64,000 bases of DNA, taken from positions 9,021-73,020 of the forward strand of contig DATJMM010000008.1 of the NCBI GenBank assembly GCA_035508735.1. Reading direction: 5' to 3'. This DNA comes from Solirubrobacteraceae bacterium (GTDB lineage: Bacteria; Actinomycetota; Thermoleophilia; Solirubrobacterales; Solirubrobacteraceae). Both the position numbers and the translations under genes were made by a program. Below the pieces are notes generated by a model. That model did no database searches and was not told where the DNA came from. It saw only the letters and a list, made by a program, of their open reading frames with translations. Of the stretch, positions 45,978-55,338 are shown piece after piece; position 1 is the stretch's first letter; each line of letters opens with the position of its first letter.

Positions 45978-46438
45978 ACACGGGCGGCGGCAGGCGCGTG
46001 AGCACGCCAGCGGGCGGCGGCGAGCGAGACGGGCGCGCGCGCGAAGCGCTGCAGCCGCTCGGCCCCGGCGAGCGACCGCCGGCGCTGCTCGTCGCCGTCT
46101 GCGTCTGCGCGCTGCTGGCCGTCGCCGTGCTGGTCGGCGGGCTCACCGTCCACGACCTCTCCCGGCACGGCGGCTCCAAGCCCGGCGCGATCTTCCTGGC
46201 GGCGGTGTTCGCCGCCCTCGCGCTCGGCATGTACCGGCGCCGCTACCTCGCCGTGCTCGGCTTCGAGGCGCTGCTCGCCTTCCAGGTGATCGTCACCTCG
46301 CTCGCGCTCGTGGTCGCCGCCACGATCAAGGCCGCGGCGCTCTGCCTCGCCGCGATCTGCCTCGGCGGCTGGCTGTTCTGGAAGCTGGTGCGCGTGATGG
46401 GCCGCATCCAAGCGGGCCAGCGCCGGCCGCTCCCCTGA
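45974..46438 (+). CDS. Hypothetical membrane protein (4 TM)
   Basis: GTG overlaps the thiE stop; four hydrophobic segments. Confidence 0.65.
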   Translation: MNTGGGRRVSTPAGGGERDGRAREALQPLGPGERPPALLVAVCVCALLAVAVLVGGLTVHDLSRHGGSKPGAIFLAAVFAALALGMYRRRYLAVLGFEALLAFQVIVTSLALVVAATIKAAALCLAAICLGGWLFWKLVRVMGRIQAGQRRPLP

Positions 46439-46471
46439 CGCGCGCGCGAGCTTCGATAGGCTGGCGGCGCG

Positions 46472-47878
46472 ATGGCCGAGAGCTCCTACGACACGATCGT
46501 GATCGGCTCGGGGCCGGGCGGCTACGTGGCGGCCATCCGCGCCGCCCAGCTGGGCCAGAGGACGGCCGTGGTCGAGCGCGACCAGCTCGGCGGGCGCTGC
46601 CTCAACTACGCCTGCATCCCCGCCAAGGCGGTGCTCCGCTCCGCCGACCTGCTGTCCGAGATCCGCGAGGCGGCCGAGTTCGGGCTGAAGGTCGGCAGCG
46701 TCGAGGTCGACTACGCCGGCATCCAGGCCAGGCGCGCCAAGGTCGTCTCCACGCTCACCTCCGGCGTCGGCGGCCTCTTCAAGAAAGGCGGCATCGACGT
46801 GCTCGTCGGCGACGGCAAGCTCACCGCCGACGGCGACGTGCACGTGGACGTTTTCGACAGCGAGCCACACACGATCGGCGCCGCCAACGTGATCCTCGCC
46901 ACCGGCTCGATCCCGCGGGCGCTGCCCGGCGTGCAGTTCGGCGGGCGCGTGATCGGCACCGAGGAGGCGTGGGCGCTGGGCGAGCTGCCCGCACGGCTGG
47001 CCATCGTCGGCGCCGGCGCCTCCGGCGCCGAGATCGCCTCCGCCTTCGCGCGCCTCGGCAGCGAGGTGCTGCTGCTGGAGATGCTCGAGCGCGTGCTGCC
47101 CACGGAGGACGCCGACGTCTCCCGCCTGGTCGAGCGTGGCCTCAAGCGCCAGGGCGTGGGCGTTCACACCGGCACGCCGATCGCCGACGTGCAGCCCGGT
47201 GAGGACAGCGTGAAGTTCTCCTACGGAGAGCAGGCCGCGGAGGTCGACTACCTCGTGATCGCCGCCGGCCGCGGCGCCGACGTCGAGGGGCTCGGGCTGG
47301 CCGAGGCCGGCGTGCAGCTCGACACCCCGTCCGGGGCGCGCGCGGGCAGCGGGCTCGTGCAGGTCGACGGCGCGCTGCGCACCACGCGCGCCGGCGTGTA
47401 CGCGATCGGCGACCTCGTGCCCGGCCCCGCGCTGGCGCACAAGGCGTCCGACGAGGGCATCATCGCCGCCGAGGGCATCGCCGGGCGCCCCACCCACCCG
47501 ATCGCCTACGCCGACATCCCGCGCGCCACCTTCTGCACCCCCAACGTGGGCTCCTTCGGCCTCACCGAGGAGCAGGCGCGCGAGCAGGGCTACGAGGTGG
47601 TGGTGGGCAAGGTCCAGTACGGCGCCGTCGGCGGCGGCACCGTCTACGGCGACCGCACCGGGCTCGTCAAGGTGGTCGGCGAGAGCAAGTACGGCGAGTT
47701 GCTCGGCGGGCACATCGTCGGCTCGCGCGCCACCGAGCTGATCCAGGAGCTCGTCAACCTGCGCGCGCTGGAGGGCGGCTTCCCGGAGCTCGCCCGCATC
47801 GTCCATGGCCACCCCACGCTGTCCGAGGCGGTGATGGAAGCAGGACGCGCCGCCGACGGCTGGCTGATCCACGGCTGA
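46472..47878 (+). CDS. lpdA: Dihydrolipoyl dehydrogenase (E3)
   Basis: GSGPGGY; GGRCLNYACIP; GAGASGAE; YAIGD..LAHKA; HGHPTLSE. Confidence 0.95.
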   Translation: MAESSYDTIVIGSGPGGYVAAIRAAQLGQRTAVVERDQLGGRCLNYACIPAKAVLRSADLLSEIREAAEFGLKVGSVEVDYAGIQARRAKVVSTLTSGVGGLFKKGGIDVLVGDGKLTADGDVHVDVFDSEPHTIGAANVILATGSIPRALPGVQFGGRVIGTEEAWALGELPARLAIVGAGASGAEIASAFARLGSEVLLLEMLERVLPTEDADVSRLVERGLKRQGVGVHTGTPIADVQPGEDSVKFSYGEQAAEVDYLVIAAGRGADVEGLGLAEAGVQLDTPSGARAGSGLVQVDGALRTTRAGVYAIGDLVPGPALAHKASDEGIIAAEGIAGRPTHPIAYADIPRATFCTPNVGSFGLTEEQAREQGYEVVVGKVQYGAVGGGTVYGDRTGLVKVVGESKYGELLGGHIVGSRATELIQELVNLRALEGGFPELARIVHGHPTLSEAVMEAGRAADGWLIHG

Positions 47879-47888
47879 GGTCGAGACG

Positions 47889-48560
47889 ATCCTCTCCGAG
47901 GACAAGCACCCGGCGACCGCGGCCTTCTACTTCGACCTCGCCAGCCCGCTCTGCTACCTCGCCGCCGAGCGCGTGCTGCAGGTGCTCGGCGCGCCCGCCG
48001 AATGGCGGCCCTTGCGCGAGCGCGAGCTGGGCGCGAACGCCACCGAGAACACGAGCCGCGGGCGGGCCGCGGGCGGCGACCGGGACCGTGACGACGAGGG
48101 CGACGGCGAGCGCCGGCAGGCGCGCGCGAGGGCCGGCATCGAGGCGCGCGCGCGCCAGCTCGGGCTGCAGCCGCTGCGCTGGCCCGAGCCGTTCCCGTTC
48201 GACAGCTCCTTCGCGATGCGCGCCTGCGCCTACGCGGCCTCGATCGGGCGCTGCGTGCCGTTCGCGCAGGCCGCCTTCCGCCAGGCGTTCGCGGGCGGAC
48301 ACTCGCTCGAGGACCCCGACTTCGTGCTGATCGCGGCCGCCGCCTGCGAGATGCACCCGAACGCCGTGCTTCGCGGCGCGCGGCTGCGCAGCACCGCCGC
48401 GCGCCTGTCCGCCAACGCCGCCGCCGCCGCCGCGGCGGGCGTCCACGCGCTGCCCGCCCTCACCGTCGGCGCGCGCGCGTTCTGCGGCGAGGACGCCCCC
48501 GAGCGCGCAGCCACGCACGTACGAGCGCCGACCGGCGCCGCGCCGGCGCCCTCGCCATGA
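47889..48560 (+). CDS. DsbA/HCCA-isomerase (GST-kappa-like) thioredoxin-fold protein; non-canonical start
   Basis: FYFDLASPLCY lies upstream of the first GTG (47973). In-frame stop at 47865. GAGGT SD 7 nt before ATC at 47889. C-terminal GVHALPALTVG..FCGED. Confidence 0.7.
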   Translation: MLSEDKHPATAAFYFDLASPLCYLAAERVLQVLGAPAEWRPLRERELGANATENTSRGRAAGGDRDRDDEGDGERRQARARAGIEARARQLGLQPLRWPEPFPFDSSFAMRACAYAASIGRCVPFAQAAFRQAFAGGHSLEDPDFVLIAAAACEMHPNAVLRGARLRSTAARLSANAAAAAAAGVHALPALTVGARAFCGEDAPERAATHVRAPTGAAPAPSP

Positions 48561-48796
48561 GCGCCGCGCGCTCATACCGGATGATCCTCACGCGCGGCGG
48601 GCGCACGCCGGCGCTGCTCGCCGGCGCCGAGCGCGTCGACCACGTCGAGGTGGTGGAGATCGACAGCGGCGAAGTGGCGCTGTTCTGGGACCTGCCGCCG
48701 CGCGCCGCCTCCAAGCTCGCCGCCGCGCTGCGCGCCGACCTCGTGCGGCTCGACGCCGAGGACTTCATGGCCCGCTGGAGTACCGTGGAGCACTGA
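48557..48796 (+). CDS. Hypothetical 79-aa protein inside the PDH operon
   Basis: ATGA overlap with the upstream gene and TGATG overlap with pdhA; globular-looking sequence. Confidence 0.7.
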   Translation: MSAARSYRMILTRGGRTPALLAGAERVDHVEVVEIDSGEVALFWDLPPRAASKLAAALRADLVRLDAEDFMARWSTVEH

Positions 48797-50013
48797 TGCC
48801 CACATCGCCAGAGTCCAGCCCGCGATCGCAGCAGCTGCCCGAGCCCGAGCGAGCGCGCGAGTGGCTCGAGACGATGACGCTGATCAGGCGCTTCGAGGAG
48901 CGCGCCGGGGAGATGTACGCGCGCGCCAAGGTCGGCGGCTTCCTGCACCTGTCGATCGGCGAGGAGGCCACGATCGTGGGCAGCGCGCGGGCGCTGCGCG
49001 AGCAGGACTACCTGATCTCCACCTACCGCTCGCACGGGCACGCGCTGGTGCGCGGCACGCCGCCCGAGAACGTCATGGCCGAGCTGTTCGGGCGCGTCGA
49101 CGGCTGCTCGCGCGGCCGCGGCGGCTCGATGCATATGTTCGACCTCAGCCGCCGCTTCATGGGCGGATACGGCATCGTCGGCGGCAACCTGCCGATAGCG
49201 GCCGGCATCGCGCTCGCCAGCGACTACAAGGGCAGCGAGGAGGTCACGCTGTGCACCTTCGGCGACGGCGCCTCCAACCAGGGCACGTTCGGCGAGACGC
49301 TCAACCTCGCCGCGCTGTGGCGGCTGCCGGTGGTGTTCATGGTCACCAACAACCAGTTCGGGATGGGCACCGCGCTCGGGCGCCACTCCGCCGTCACCGA
49401 CCTGCAGCGCAAGGGCGAGAGCCTCGGCGTGCCCGGCCTGCGCTGCGACGGCATGGACGTGCTCGACACCTATGCGGTCGTCAGCGAGGCGGTCGCGCGC
49501 GTGCGCGAGGAGCGCCGGCCGCTGCTGATCGAGGCCGTCACCTACCGCTTCCGCGGCCACTCCATGGCCGACCCCGAGCAGTACCGCAGCAAGGACGAGG
49601 TGGCGCGCTGGCGCGAGCGCGATCCGCTGCCCGCCTTCGCCGAGCTGCTCGTGCGCGAAGGCGTGATCGACGCCGACGAGCGCGAGCGCGTCGACGAGCG
49701 CGCGATCGCGCGCGTCGACGCCGCCGTGCAGTTCGCCGAGGACTCGCCCTTCCCGGCGCCGGCGTCGCTCTACGACGACGTGTACGTGCTCGACGCCGAG
49801 GTGCGCGGCTGGTACTCCGTCGAGACCGCCGGCGACCGTGCCGGCGACGCGCTGGGCGAGGAGCGCGCCGACGCGCGACGGCAGGCCGCCAACGACGAGA
49901 TCCCGCAGCAGCTCACGCAGGCGCTCGCCGCCGGCGAGGACAGCCGCGAGAGCGCCGCCGCGGTCGCCCGAGACGGGGCCGCGGGCGCGGGCGGAGACGG
50001 CGCCGGTGGCTGA
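48796..50013 (+). CDS. pdhA: Pyruvate dehydrogenase E1 alpha
   Basis: GFLHLSIGEEA; GRGGSMH; GDGASNQG..NN (TPP motif); YRFRGHSMADP. Confidence 0.95.
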   Translation: MPTSPESSPRSQQLPEPERAREWLETMTLIRRFEERAGEMYARAKVGGFLHLSIGEEATIVGSARALREQDYLISTYRSHGHALVRGTPPENVMAELFGRVDGCSRGRGGSMHMFDLSRRFMGGYGIVGGNLPIAAGIALASDYKGSEEVTLCTFGDGASNQGTFGETLNLAALWRLPVVFMVTNNQFGMGTALGRHSAVTDLQRKGESLGVPGLRCDGMDVLDTYAVVSEAVARVREERRPLLIEAVTYRFRGHSMADPEQYRSKDEVARWRERDPLPAFAELLVREGVIDADERERVDERAIARVDAAVQFAEDSPFPAPASLYDDVYVLDAEVRGWYSVETAGDRAGDALGEERADARRQAANDEIPQQLTQALAAGEDSRESAAAVARDGAAGAGGDGAGG

Positions 50014-51082
50014 GATCCGCTACCGCGAGGCGCTGGGCGCGGCCCTGCGCGAGGAGCTCGCGCGCGACGAGCGGGTGGTGCTGATGGGCGAGGACATCGG
50101 CGTGTTCGGAGGCGCCTTCAAGGTCACCGAGGGCCTGCTCGAGGAGTTCGGCGAGCGGCGCGTGCGCGACACCCCGATCTCCGAGAACACGATCGTGGGC
50201 ATGGGGGTGGGCGCCGCCATGACCGGCCTGCGACCGGTGGTGGAGCTGATGACGATCAACTTCGCGCTGCTCGCGTTCGACCAGATCGTCAACCACGCCG
50301 CCCACATCCACTATATGTTCGGCGGCCAGGCCAGGGTGCCGCTGGTGGTGCGCATGCCGCAGGGCGCCGGCCATCAGCTCGGGCCCACCCACTCGCACTG
50401 CCTGGAGGGCATGTTCCTGCACGTGCCGGGGCTGCTGGTGGCCGCGCCGGCCACGCCCGCCGACGCCAAGGGGCTGCTCAAGACCGCCATCCGCGACGAG
50501 AACCCGGTGGTGTTCATCGAGCACGAGTCGCTCTACGCCGTGCGCGGCGAGGTGCCCGACGACGAGGACGAGCTCGTTCACTTCGGGCAGGCGCGCGTGG
50601 CGCGCGAGGGCCGCGACGTGACCGTCGTGGGGATCTCGCGCATGGCGCGCACCGCCGAGCGCGCCGCCGAGTCGCTCGCAAGCGAGCACGGCGTGCAGGC
50701 CGAGGTGATCGACCCGCGCACGCTGCGCCCGCTCGACCTCGACACGATCCTCGCCTCCGTCGCCAAGACCAACCGCTGCGTGATCGTCGAGGAGGGCTGG
50801 CCGCACGGCGGCGTCGGCGCCAACCTCGCCGCGCTGATCTCAGAACAGGCCTTCGACGAGCTCGACGCGCCGGTCGCGCGCGTCACCGGCGCCGACGTGC
50901 CGATGCCCTACTCCAAGCCGCTCGAGGACATCGCCTACCCGCACGAGCCCCAGGTCGTGGCCGCCGTGCTGGCAGCGCTCGGGCAGGGGCCGCCGGCGAG
51001 CGCCCAGCCGCCCGCCGGCGAACGCGGCCTCGCGCACGGGCCGCCGGCGAGCGCCCACCCCACCGCCGGCGGGCGCGCCTGA
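50006..51082 (+). CDS. pdhB: Pyruvate dehydrogenase E1 beta
   Basis: LMGEDIG; DTPISE; GPTHSH; IDPRTLRPLD. Confidence 0.95.
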   Translation: MAEIRYREALGAALREELARDERVVLMGEDIGVFGGAFKVTEGLLEEFGERRVRDTPISENTIVGMGVGAAMTGLRPVVELMTINFALLAFDQIVNHAAHIHYMFGGQARVPLVVRMPQGAGHQLGPTHSHCLEGMFLHVPGLLVAAPATPADAKGLLKTAIRDENPVVFIEHESLYAVRGEVPDDEDELVHFGQARVAREGRDVTVVGISRMARTAERAAESLASEHGVQAEVIDPRTLRPLDLDTILASVAKTNRCVIVEEGWPHGGVGANLAALISEQAFDELDAPVARVTGADVPMPYSKPLEDIAYPHEPQVVAAVLAALGQGPPASAQPPAGERGLAHGPPASAHPTAGGRA

Positions 51083-52464
51083 TGGCCGAGATCGTGATGC
51101 CGCGCCTGTCCGACACGATGGAGGAGGGCACCATCCTGCGCTGGCTGAAGGCCGACGGCGAGGAGGTGGCGCGCGGCGAGGAGCTGGTCGAGATCGAGAC
51201 CGACAAGGCCACGATGGTCTACGAATCAGATCAGGCCGGGGTGCTCGAGATCGTCGCCGCCGAGGGCGCCACGCTCCCGGTCGGCGAGCCGATCGCGCGG
51301 GTCGGCGGCGACGCCCCGCCAGCGCTCGCCAAGGAGCCGGCAGAGGCCGCCGCCCCCGCCAACGGCGCCGCCGGCGTGCCCGGTCGGGAAGCGCCCCGGC
51401 AGGCGGCATCGGCCCCAGGCGCGGCCGCCGGCCCAGCGCGCACTGCGGGCGCGGGCGCCGGCGAGCGCGTCAAGGCCTCGCCGCTGGCCAGGCGCATCGC
51501 CGGCGAGCGCGGCATCGATCTGCGCACGATCAGCGGCAGCGGGCCGGGCGGTCGCATCGTTAGGGTCGACGTCGAGCGCGGCGCCGGCGTCGCGGGCGCG
51601 CCCGGCGACGTCCCCGCCGCACCCGGCGGCATCCCCGCCGCGCCCGGCGGCGTCCCCGCCGCACCGGCCGCCGCGGGCTCCGCCGAGCCCCAGCGCGCCA
51701 CCGTCGAGGGCGTGAGGACCGCCAAGGGCGAGACCACCGAGGTCGAGCTCTCGCGCACGCAGCAGACCGTCGCCCGGCGCATGGCCGAGTCCAAGGCCAC
51801 GATCCCCGACTTCACGCTGCAGGTCGACGTCGACATGCAGGCGTGCGTAGCGCTGCGCGCCGAGCTGAAGCGGCTCGCGCAGCCCGATCACGGCGCGTCC
51901 GCAAGCGAGGCCGCCGCCGAGGCCGCCCGCGCGGCGCCGCGCGCCCCCACCTACAACGACATGGTCGTCAAGGCCTGCGCGCTCGCGCTGCGCGAGCACC
52001 CCTACGCCAACGGCAGCTACCGCGACGGCCGCGTGCAGCTGCACTCGCGGGTCAACGTCGGCGTCGCGGTGGCCGCCGAGAACGCGCTGGTGGTGCCCAC
52101 GGTGTTCGACGCCGACGCCAAGGCGCTCGGCGAGATCGCCCGCGAGACGCAGCTGCTGGCCGAGCGCGTGCGCACCGGCGAGATCACGCCGCCCGAGCTG
52201 GGCGGCGGCACCTTCACCGTCTCCAACCTCGGCATGTACGGCGTGCGCAGCTTCACCGCCATCATCAACCCGCCGCAGGCCGCGATCATGTCCATCGGCG
52301 CCGTCGAGCCGCGCGCCGTCGCGCGCGACGGCGCGGTCGCGGTCGCGCACGAGATGACGCTGCGCCTGGTGTGCGACCACCGCATCCTCTACGGCGCCGA
52401 AGCCGCCCGGTTCCTCGCGCGCGTGCGCGAGCTGCTGCAAGCGCCGAGCGCGCTCACGCTATAG
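51082..52464 (+). CDS. pdhC: Dihydrolipoamide acetyltransferase (E2)
   Basis: Lipoyl domain EIETDKA; PSBD ASPLARRIA..GSGPGGRI; catalytic domain GGTFTVSNLG..DHRILYG. Confidence 0.94.
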   Translation: MAEIVMPRLSDTMEEGTILRWLKADGEEVARGEELVEIETDKATMVYESDQAGVLEIVAAEGATLPVGEPIARVGGDAPPALAKEPAEAAAPANGAAGVPGREAPRQAASAPGAAAGPARTAGAGAGERVKASPLARRIAGERGIDLRTISGSGPGGRIVRVDVERGAGVAGAPGDVPAAPGGIPAAPGGVPAAPAAAGSAEPQRATVEGVRTAKGETTEVELSRTQQTVARRMAESKATIPDFTLQVDVDMQACVALRAELKRLAQPDHGASASEAAAEAARAAPRAPTYNDMVVKACALALREHPYANGSYRDGRVQLHSRVNVGVAVAAENALVVPTVFDADAKALGEIARETQLLAERVRTGEITPPELGGGTFTVSNLGMYGVRSFTAIINPPQAAIMSIGAVEPRAVARDGAVAVAHEMTLRLVCDHRILYGAEAARFLARVRELLQAPSALTL

Positions 52465-52495
52465 AGCCCGGATCGGCCGCTAGGCTGGATCGCAG

Positions 52496-53272
52496 ATGAA
52501 AGTCGCCGGGCGAGCAGCGCAGGAGATCTGGGTTTGTCACCTGGGGATCGTGCCGTATGCGCGCGGCCTCGCCATCCAGGAGCACGTGCGCTCGCTGCGC
52601 CAGGCCGGCGAGCTCCCCGACACGCTGCTGGCGCTCGAGCACCCGCCCACCTACACCCGCGGCCGGCGCTCCGGCGCCCAGGACCTGCCCTTCCCCGAGA
52701 GCTTCTACGAGCACAAAGGCATCGAGGTGCACGCCACCCGCCGCGGCGGCAAGGTCACCTACCACGCGCCGGGCCAGCTCGTCGGCTACCCGATCATGGG
52801 CGTGCAGGACGTCGTGCGCCATGTGCGCACGATCGAGGCCGCCATCGTCGCCGCGCTCGCGCAGCTCGGCGTGGCCGCCCGCGCCCGTCCCCAGGACGGC
52901 CCCGACTACACCGGCGTGTGGGTGCAGGAGCGCAAGATCGCCTCGATCGGCGTGCACGTCCAGCGCGGCGTCGCCAGCCACGGCTTCGCCGTCAACGTCG
53001 CCAACGACCTAGAGCCGTTCTCGTGGGTGCTCGCCTGCGGGCTGCCCCACGTGCAGATGACCTCGCTCGCGCGAGAGAGCGCCGGCGCCTGCGAGAGCCT
53101 CGGCTGCTTTCGCAAGCGCGTCGCCCACGCCTTCTGCCGGGCCCACGGACGCCGCCAGCGACTGGTTTCGCCGCACCGCCTGGGCATCGACACCACGAAC
53201 GCCTCCCCGCGAGCGCAGCGAGCGCCCATAGAACCCGTCTCCACGCCCGCCGGCGAGCCGCTCCCCGCATGA
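52496..53272 (+). CDS. lipB: Lipoyl(octanoyl) transferase
   Basis: LEHPPTYT; RGGKVTYHAPGQLVGYP; KIASIG; HGFAVN; ACG. Confidence 0.93.
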   Translation: MKVAGRAAQEIWVCHLGIVPYARGLAIQEHVRSLRQAGELPDTLLALEHPPTYTRGRRSGAQDLPFPESFYEHKGIEVHATRRGGKVTYHAPGQLVGYPIMGVQDVVRHVRTIEAAIVAALAQLGVAARARPQDGPDYTGVWVQERKIASIGVHVQRGVASHGFAVNVANDLEPFSWVLACGLPHVQMTSLARESAGACESLGCFRKRVAHAFCRAHGRRQRLVSPHRLGIDTTNASPRAQRAPIEPVSTPAGEPLPA

Positions 53273-54237
53273 GCGCCACACGTTCTCGAGCGAACCCCGG
53301 CGGCGTGGACGTGCTCACCGTGCTCGGCTCGCAGGTGCGCCCGCTGCGCGAGCGCAAGCCGCCGTGGTTCAAGGTGCCGCCGCCCGGCGGCGAGCGCTAT
53401 CGCGAGCTCACGCAGCTGATCCGCGACGAGAACCTGCACACCGTCTGCCAGGAGGCCGCCTGCCCCAACGTCGGCGAGTGCTGGGAGCGCGGCACAGCCA
53501 CGTTCATGATCCTCGGCGACACCTGCACGCGGCGCTGCGGCTTCTGCAACGTCAAGACCGGCAAGCCCACCTGGAACGACCCGCTCGAGCCCGCGCGGGT
53601 GGCCAGTTCGATCGCGAGGATGGGGTTGCGTCATGCCGTCGTCACCTCCGTCGACCGCGACGACCTCCCCGACAAGGGCGCCTGCGCCTTCGTCGGCGTC
53701 ATCCGCCAGGTGCGCCGCCAGGCGCCCCACTGCCAGATCGAGGTGCTCACGCCGGACTTCCAGGGCCAGGAGATGCCGCTCGCCAAGGTCATCGCCGAGC
53801 GACCCGACGTGTTCAACCACAACGTCGAGGTCGTGCCGCGGCTGTACCCGCTCGCGCGCCGCGGCTCCCAGTTCCAGCGCTCGCTGCGGGTGCTGCGCCT
53901 CGCCCACGAGCTCGGCGAAGGGCAGGTGCTCACCAAGTCCGGCCTGATGGTCGGGCTCGGCGAGAGCCACGACGAGCTGGTCGACGCGTTCGCCGCCCTG
54001 CGCGAGCACGGCGTGCAGGTGCTCACCGTCGGGCAGTACCTGCGCCCCTCCGAGCGCCACCTCCCCGTCGTGCGCTACTGGCACCCCGACGAGTTCGCCG
54101 CGCTCGAGCGCGCCGCCTACGAGCTCGGCTTCCAGCACGTCGCCGCCGGGCCGCTCGTGCGCTCCTCCTACCACGCCGACCAGCACGTGCCGCAGGCCAG
54201 GCCCGGAGTCGGGCCGCTGGCCGCCGCCGGCGCCTGA
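53269..54237 (+). CDS. lipA: Lipoyl synthase
   Basis: CQEAACPNVGEC; CTRRCGFC; FNHNVE; VRSSY. Confidence 0.97.
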   Translation: MSATRSRANPGGVDVLTVLGSQVRPLRERKPPWFKVPPPGGERYRELTQLIRDENLHTVCQEAACPNVGECWERGTATFMILGDTCTRRCGFCNVKTGKPTWNDPLEPARVASSIARMGLRHAVVTSVDRDDLPDKGACAFVGVIRQVRRQAPHCQIEVLTPDFQGQEMPLAKVIAERPDVFNHNVEVVPRLYPLARRGSQFQRSLRVLRLAHELGEGQVLTKSGLMVGLGESHDELVDAFAALREHGVQVLTVGQYLRPSERHLPVVRYWHPDEFAALERAAYELGFQHVAAGPLVRSSYHADQHVPQARPGVGPLAAAGA

Positions 54238-54346
54238 CCGCCGCCGTAGCGCCGGCAGAACGCCGCCCCACCACCGCCAGAGCGCCGAGCGTGCGCCCTC
54301 TCGGTGGCCGCCGACTAGAGTCGCCAACCGACGCGTCCAACTCGCC

Positions 54347-55165
54347 ATGCTTCCTTTCAGGGACAACATCCTGCTTGCTCGCCGGCCGCTGGTCACCGTT
54401 GCGCTGGTCACCGCCAGCGTCGCCGTGTACGCGGCGCTGGTCGGCGGTGGTGGCGACTTCCGCAACGGCCCGAGCGCGGGCGCGGCCGCGCGGCGCACCC
54501 TCGTCCCGTACGAGCTGACGCACCCGCGCGCAGCGTGCTGGCTCGGCCCGCCCCGCCATGCGGTCGCCACCGCGAGCCGCTCCGGCAGGACGAGCGCGGC
54601 GGACGCGATCCTCTGCGGCGAGCGTCCCGTCCGCGCCGGAGCCGAGCGGCTGTCGCGGCCGCCCGTGTTGGAGGCGGCGCTCGCGTCGCTGCTCGCATAC
54701 GGCAGCCTGCTGCCCATCCTCGCCGGCCTCGCCGCGCTGGCCGTGCTCGGACCCACGCTGGAGAGCACCCTCGGGCACGGCCGCTATGCGCTCCTGTACC
54801 TGGCCGGGGGCGCGGTCGCGCTCGGCGCGCGGCTGGCCGCCTCCCCCGGCTCGCCCGCGCCGGTGCTCGTCGCCCCCGCCGCCGTGGCCGCGATCCTCGC
54901 CGGCTACCTCGCCGCCCACCCCCGCGCGCGCGTGCTCGCGCTCGTGCCCGTCCCCTTCTTTGTCACCATCGTCGAGGTCCCCGCGCCGACGCTGATCGGA
55001 CTGTGGCTCGCCGCGCAGGTGTACGCACAGCTCGCCGGCCTCGCCGGGCCCGCGCACCCCGGCTCCGCGGCCGCGTTCGCCGGGCTCGCCGCGGCGATCG
55101 CGTGCGGCGCTCTGTCGATCCGCCTGCGTGCCCGCCGCGCCCATCCGGCGGGGGCGCCCGCGTGA
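54347..55165 (+). CDS. Rhomboid-family protein lacking catalytic residues
   Basis: MLPFRDN..VTVAL; PYELTHP; LESTLGHGRYALLYLAGG; GYLAAHPRARV. GASG is replaced by VAPA and no catalytic His is seen. Confidence 0.65.
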   Translation: MLPFRDNILLARRPLVTVALVTASVAVYAALVGGGGDFRNGPSAGAAARRTLVPYELTHPRAACWLGPPRHAVATASRSGRTSAADAILCGERPVRAGAERLSRPPVLEAALASLLAYGSLLPILAGLAALAVLGPTLESTLGHGRYALLYLAGGAVALGARLAASPGSPAPVLVAPAAVAAILAGYLAAHPRARVLALVPVPFFVTIVEVPAPTLIGLWLAAQVYAQLAGLAGPAHPGSAAAFAGLAAAIACGALSIRLRARRAHPAGAPA

Positions 55166-55338
55166 GGCACCTGCTCGTGCTCGGCGGCGCGCTCGTGTTC
55201 ATCGCCGGCCTCGCCTTCCTCACCGTCGCCGCGGCGATCCGGGACGGCTTCAGCGCCGCCACCGTGCTGTCCGCGCTCGTGCTGGCGCTGCTCTCGGTCG
55301 GCATCGTCGGGGCGCTGCGCAATCCTCCAGGCCGATGA
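55162..55338 (+). CDS. Small 2-TM membrane protein (58 aa)
   Basis: GTGA and ATGA overlaps on both sides. Confidence 0.6.
   Translation: MRHLLVLGGALVFIAGLAFLTVAAAIRDGFSAATVLSALVLALLSVGIVGALRNPPGR

Noticed and set aside
51595-51670. 21-bp tandem repeat in pdhC and a duplicated 20-mer at the end of pdhB
   Set aside because: In-frame Ala/Pro/Gly linker expansions, typical of E2 hinges and disordered tails.
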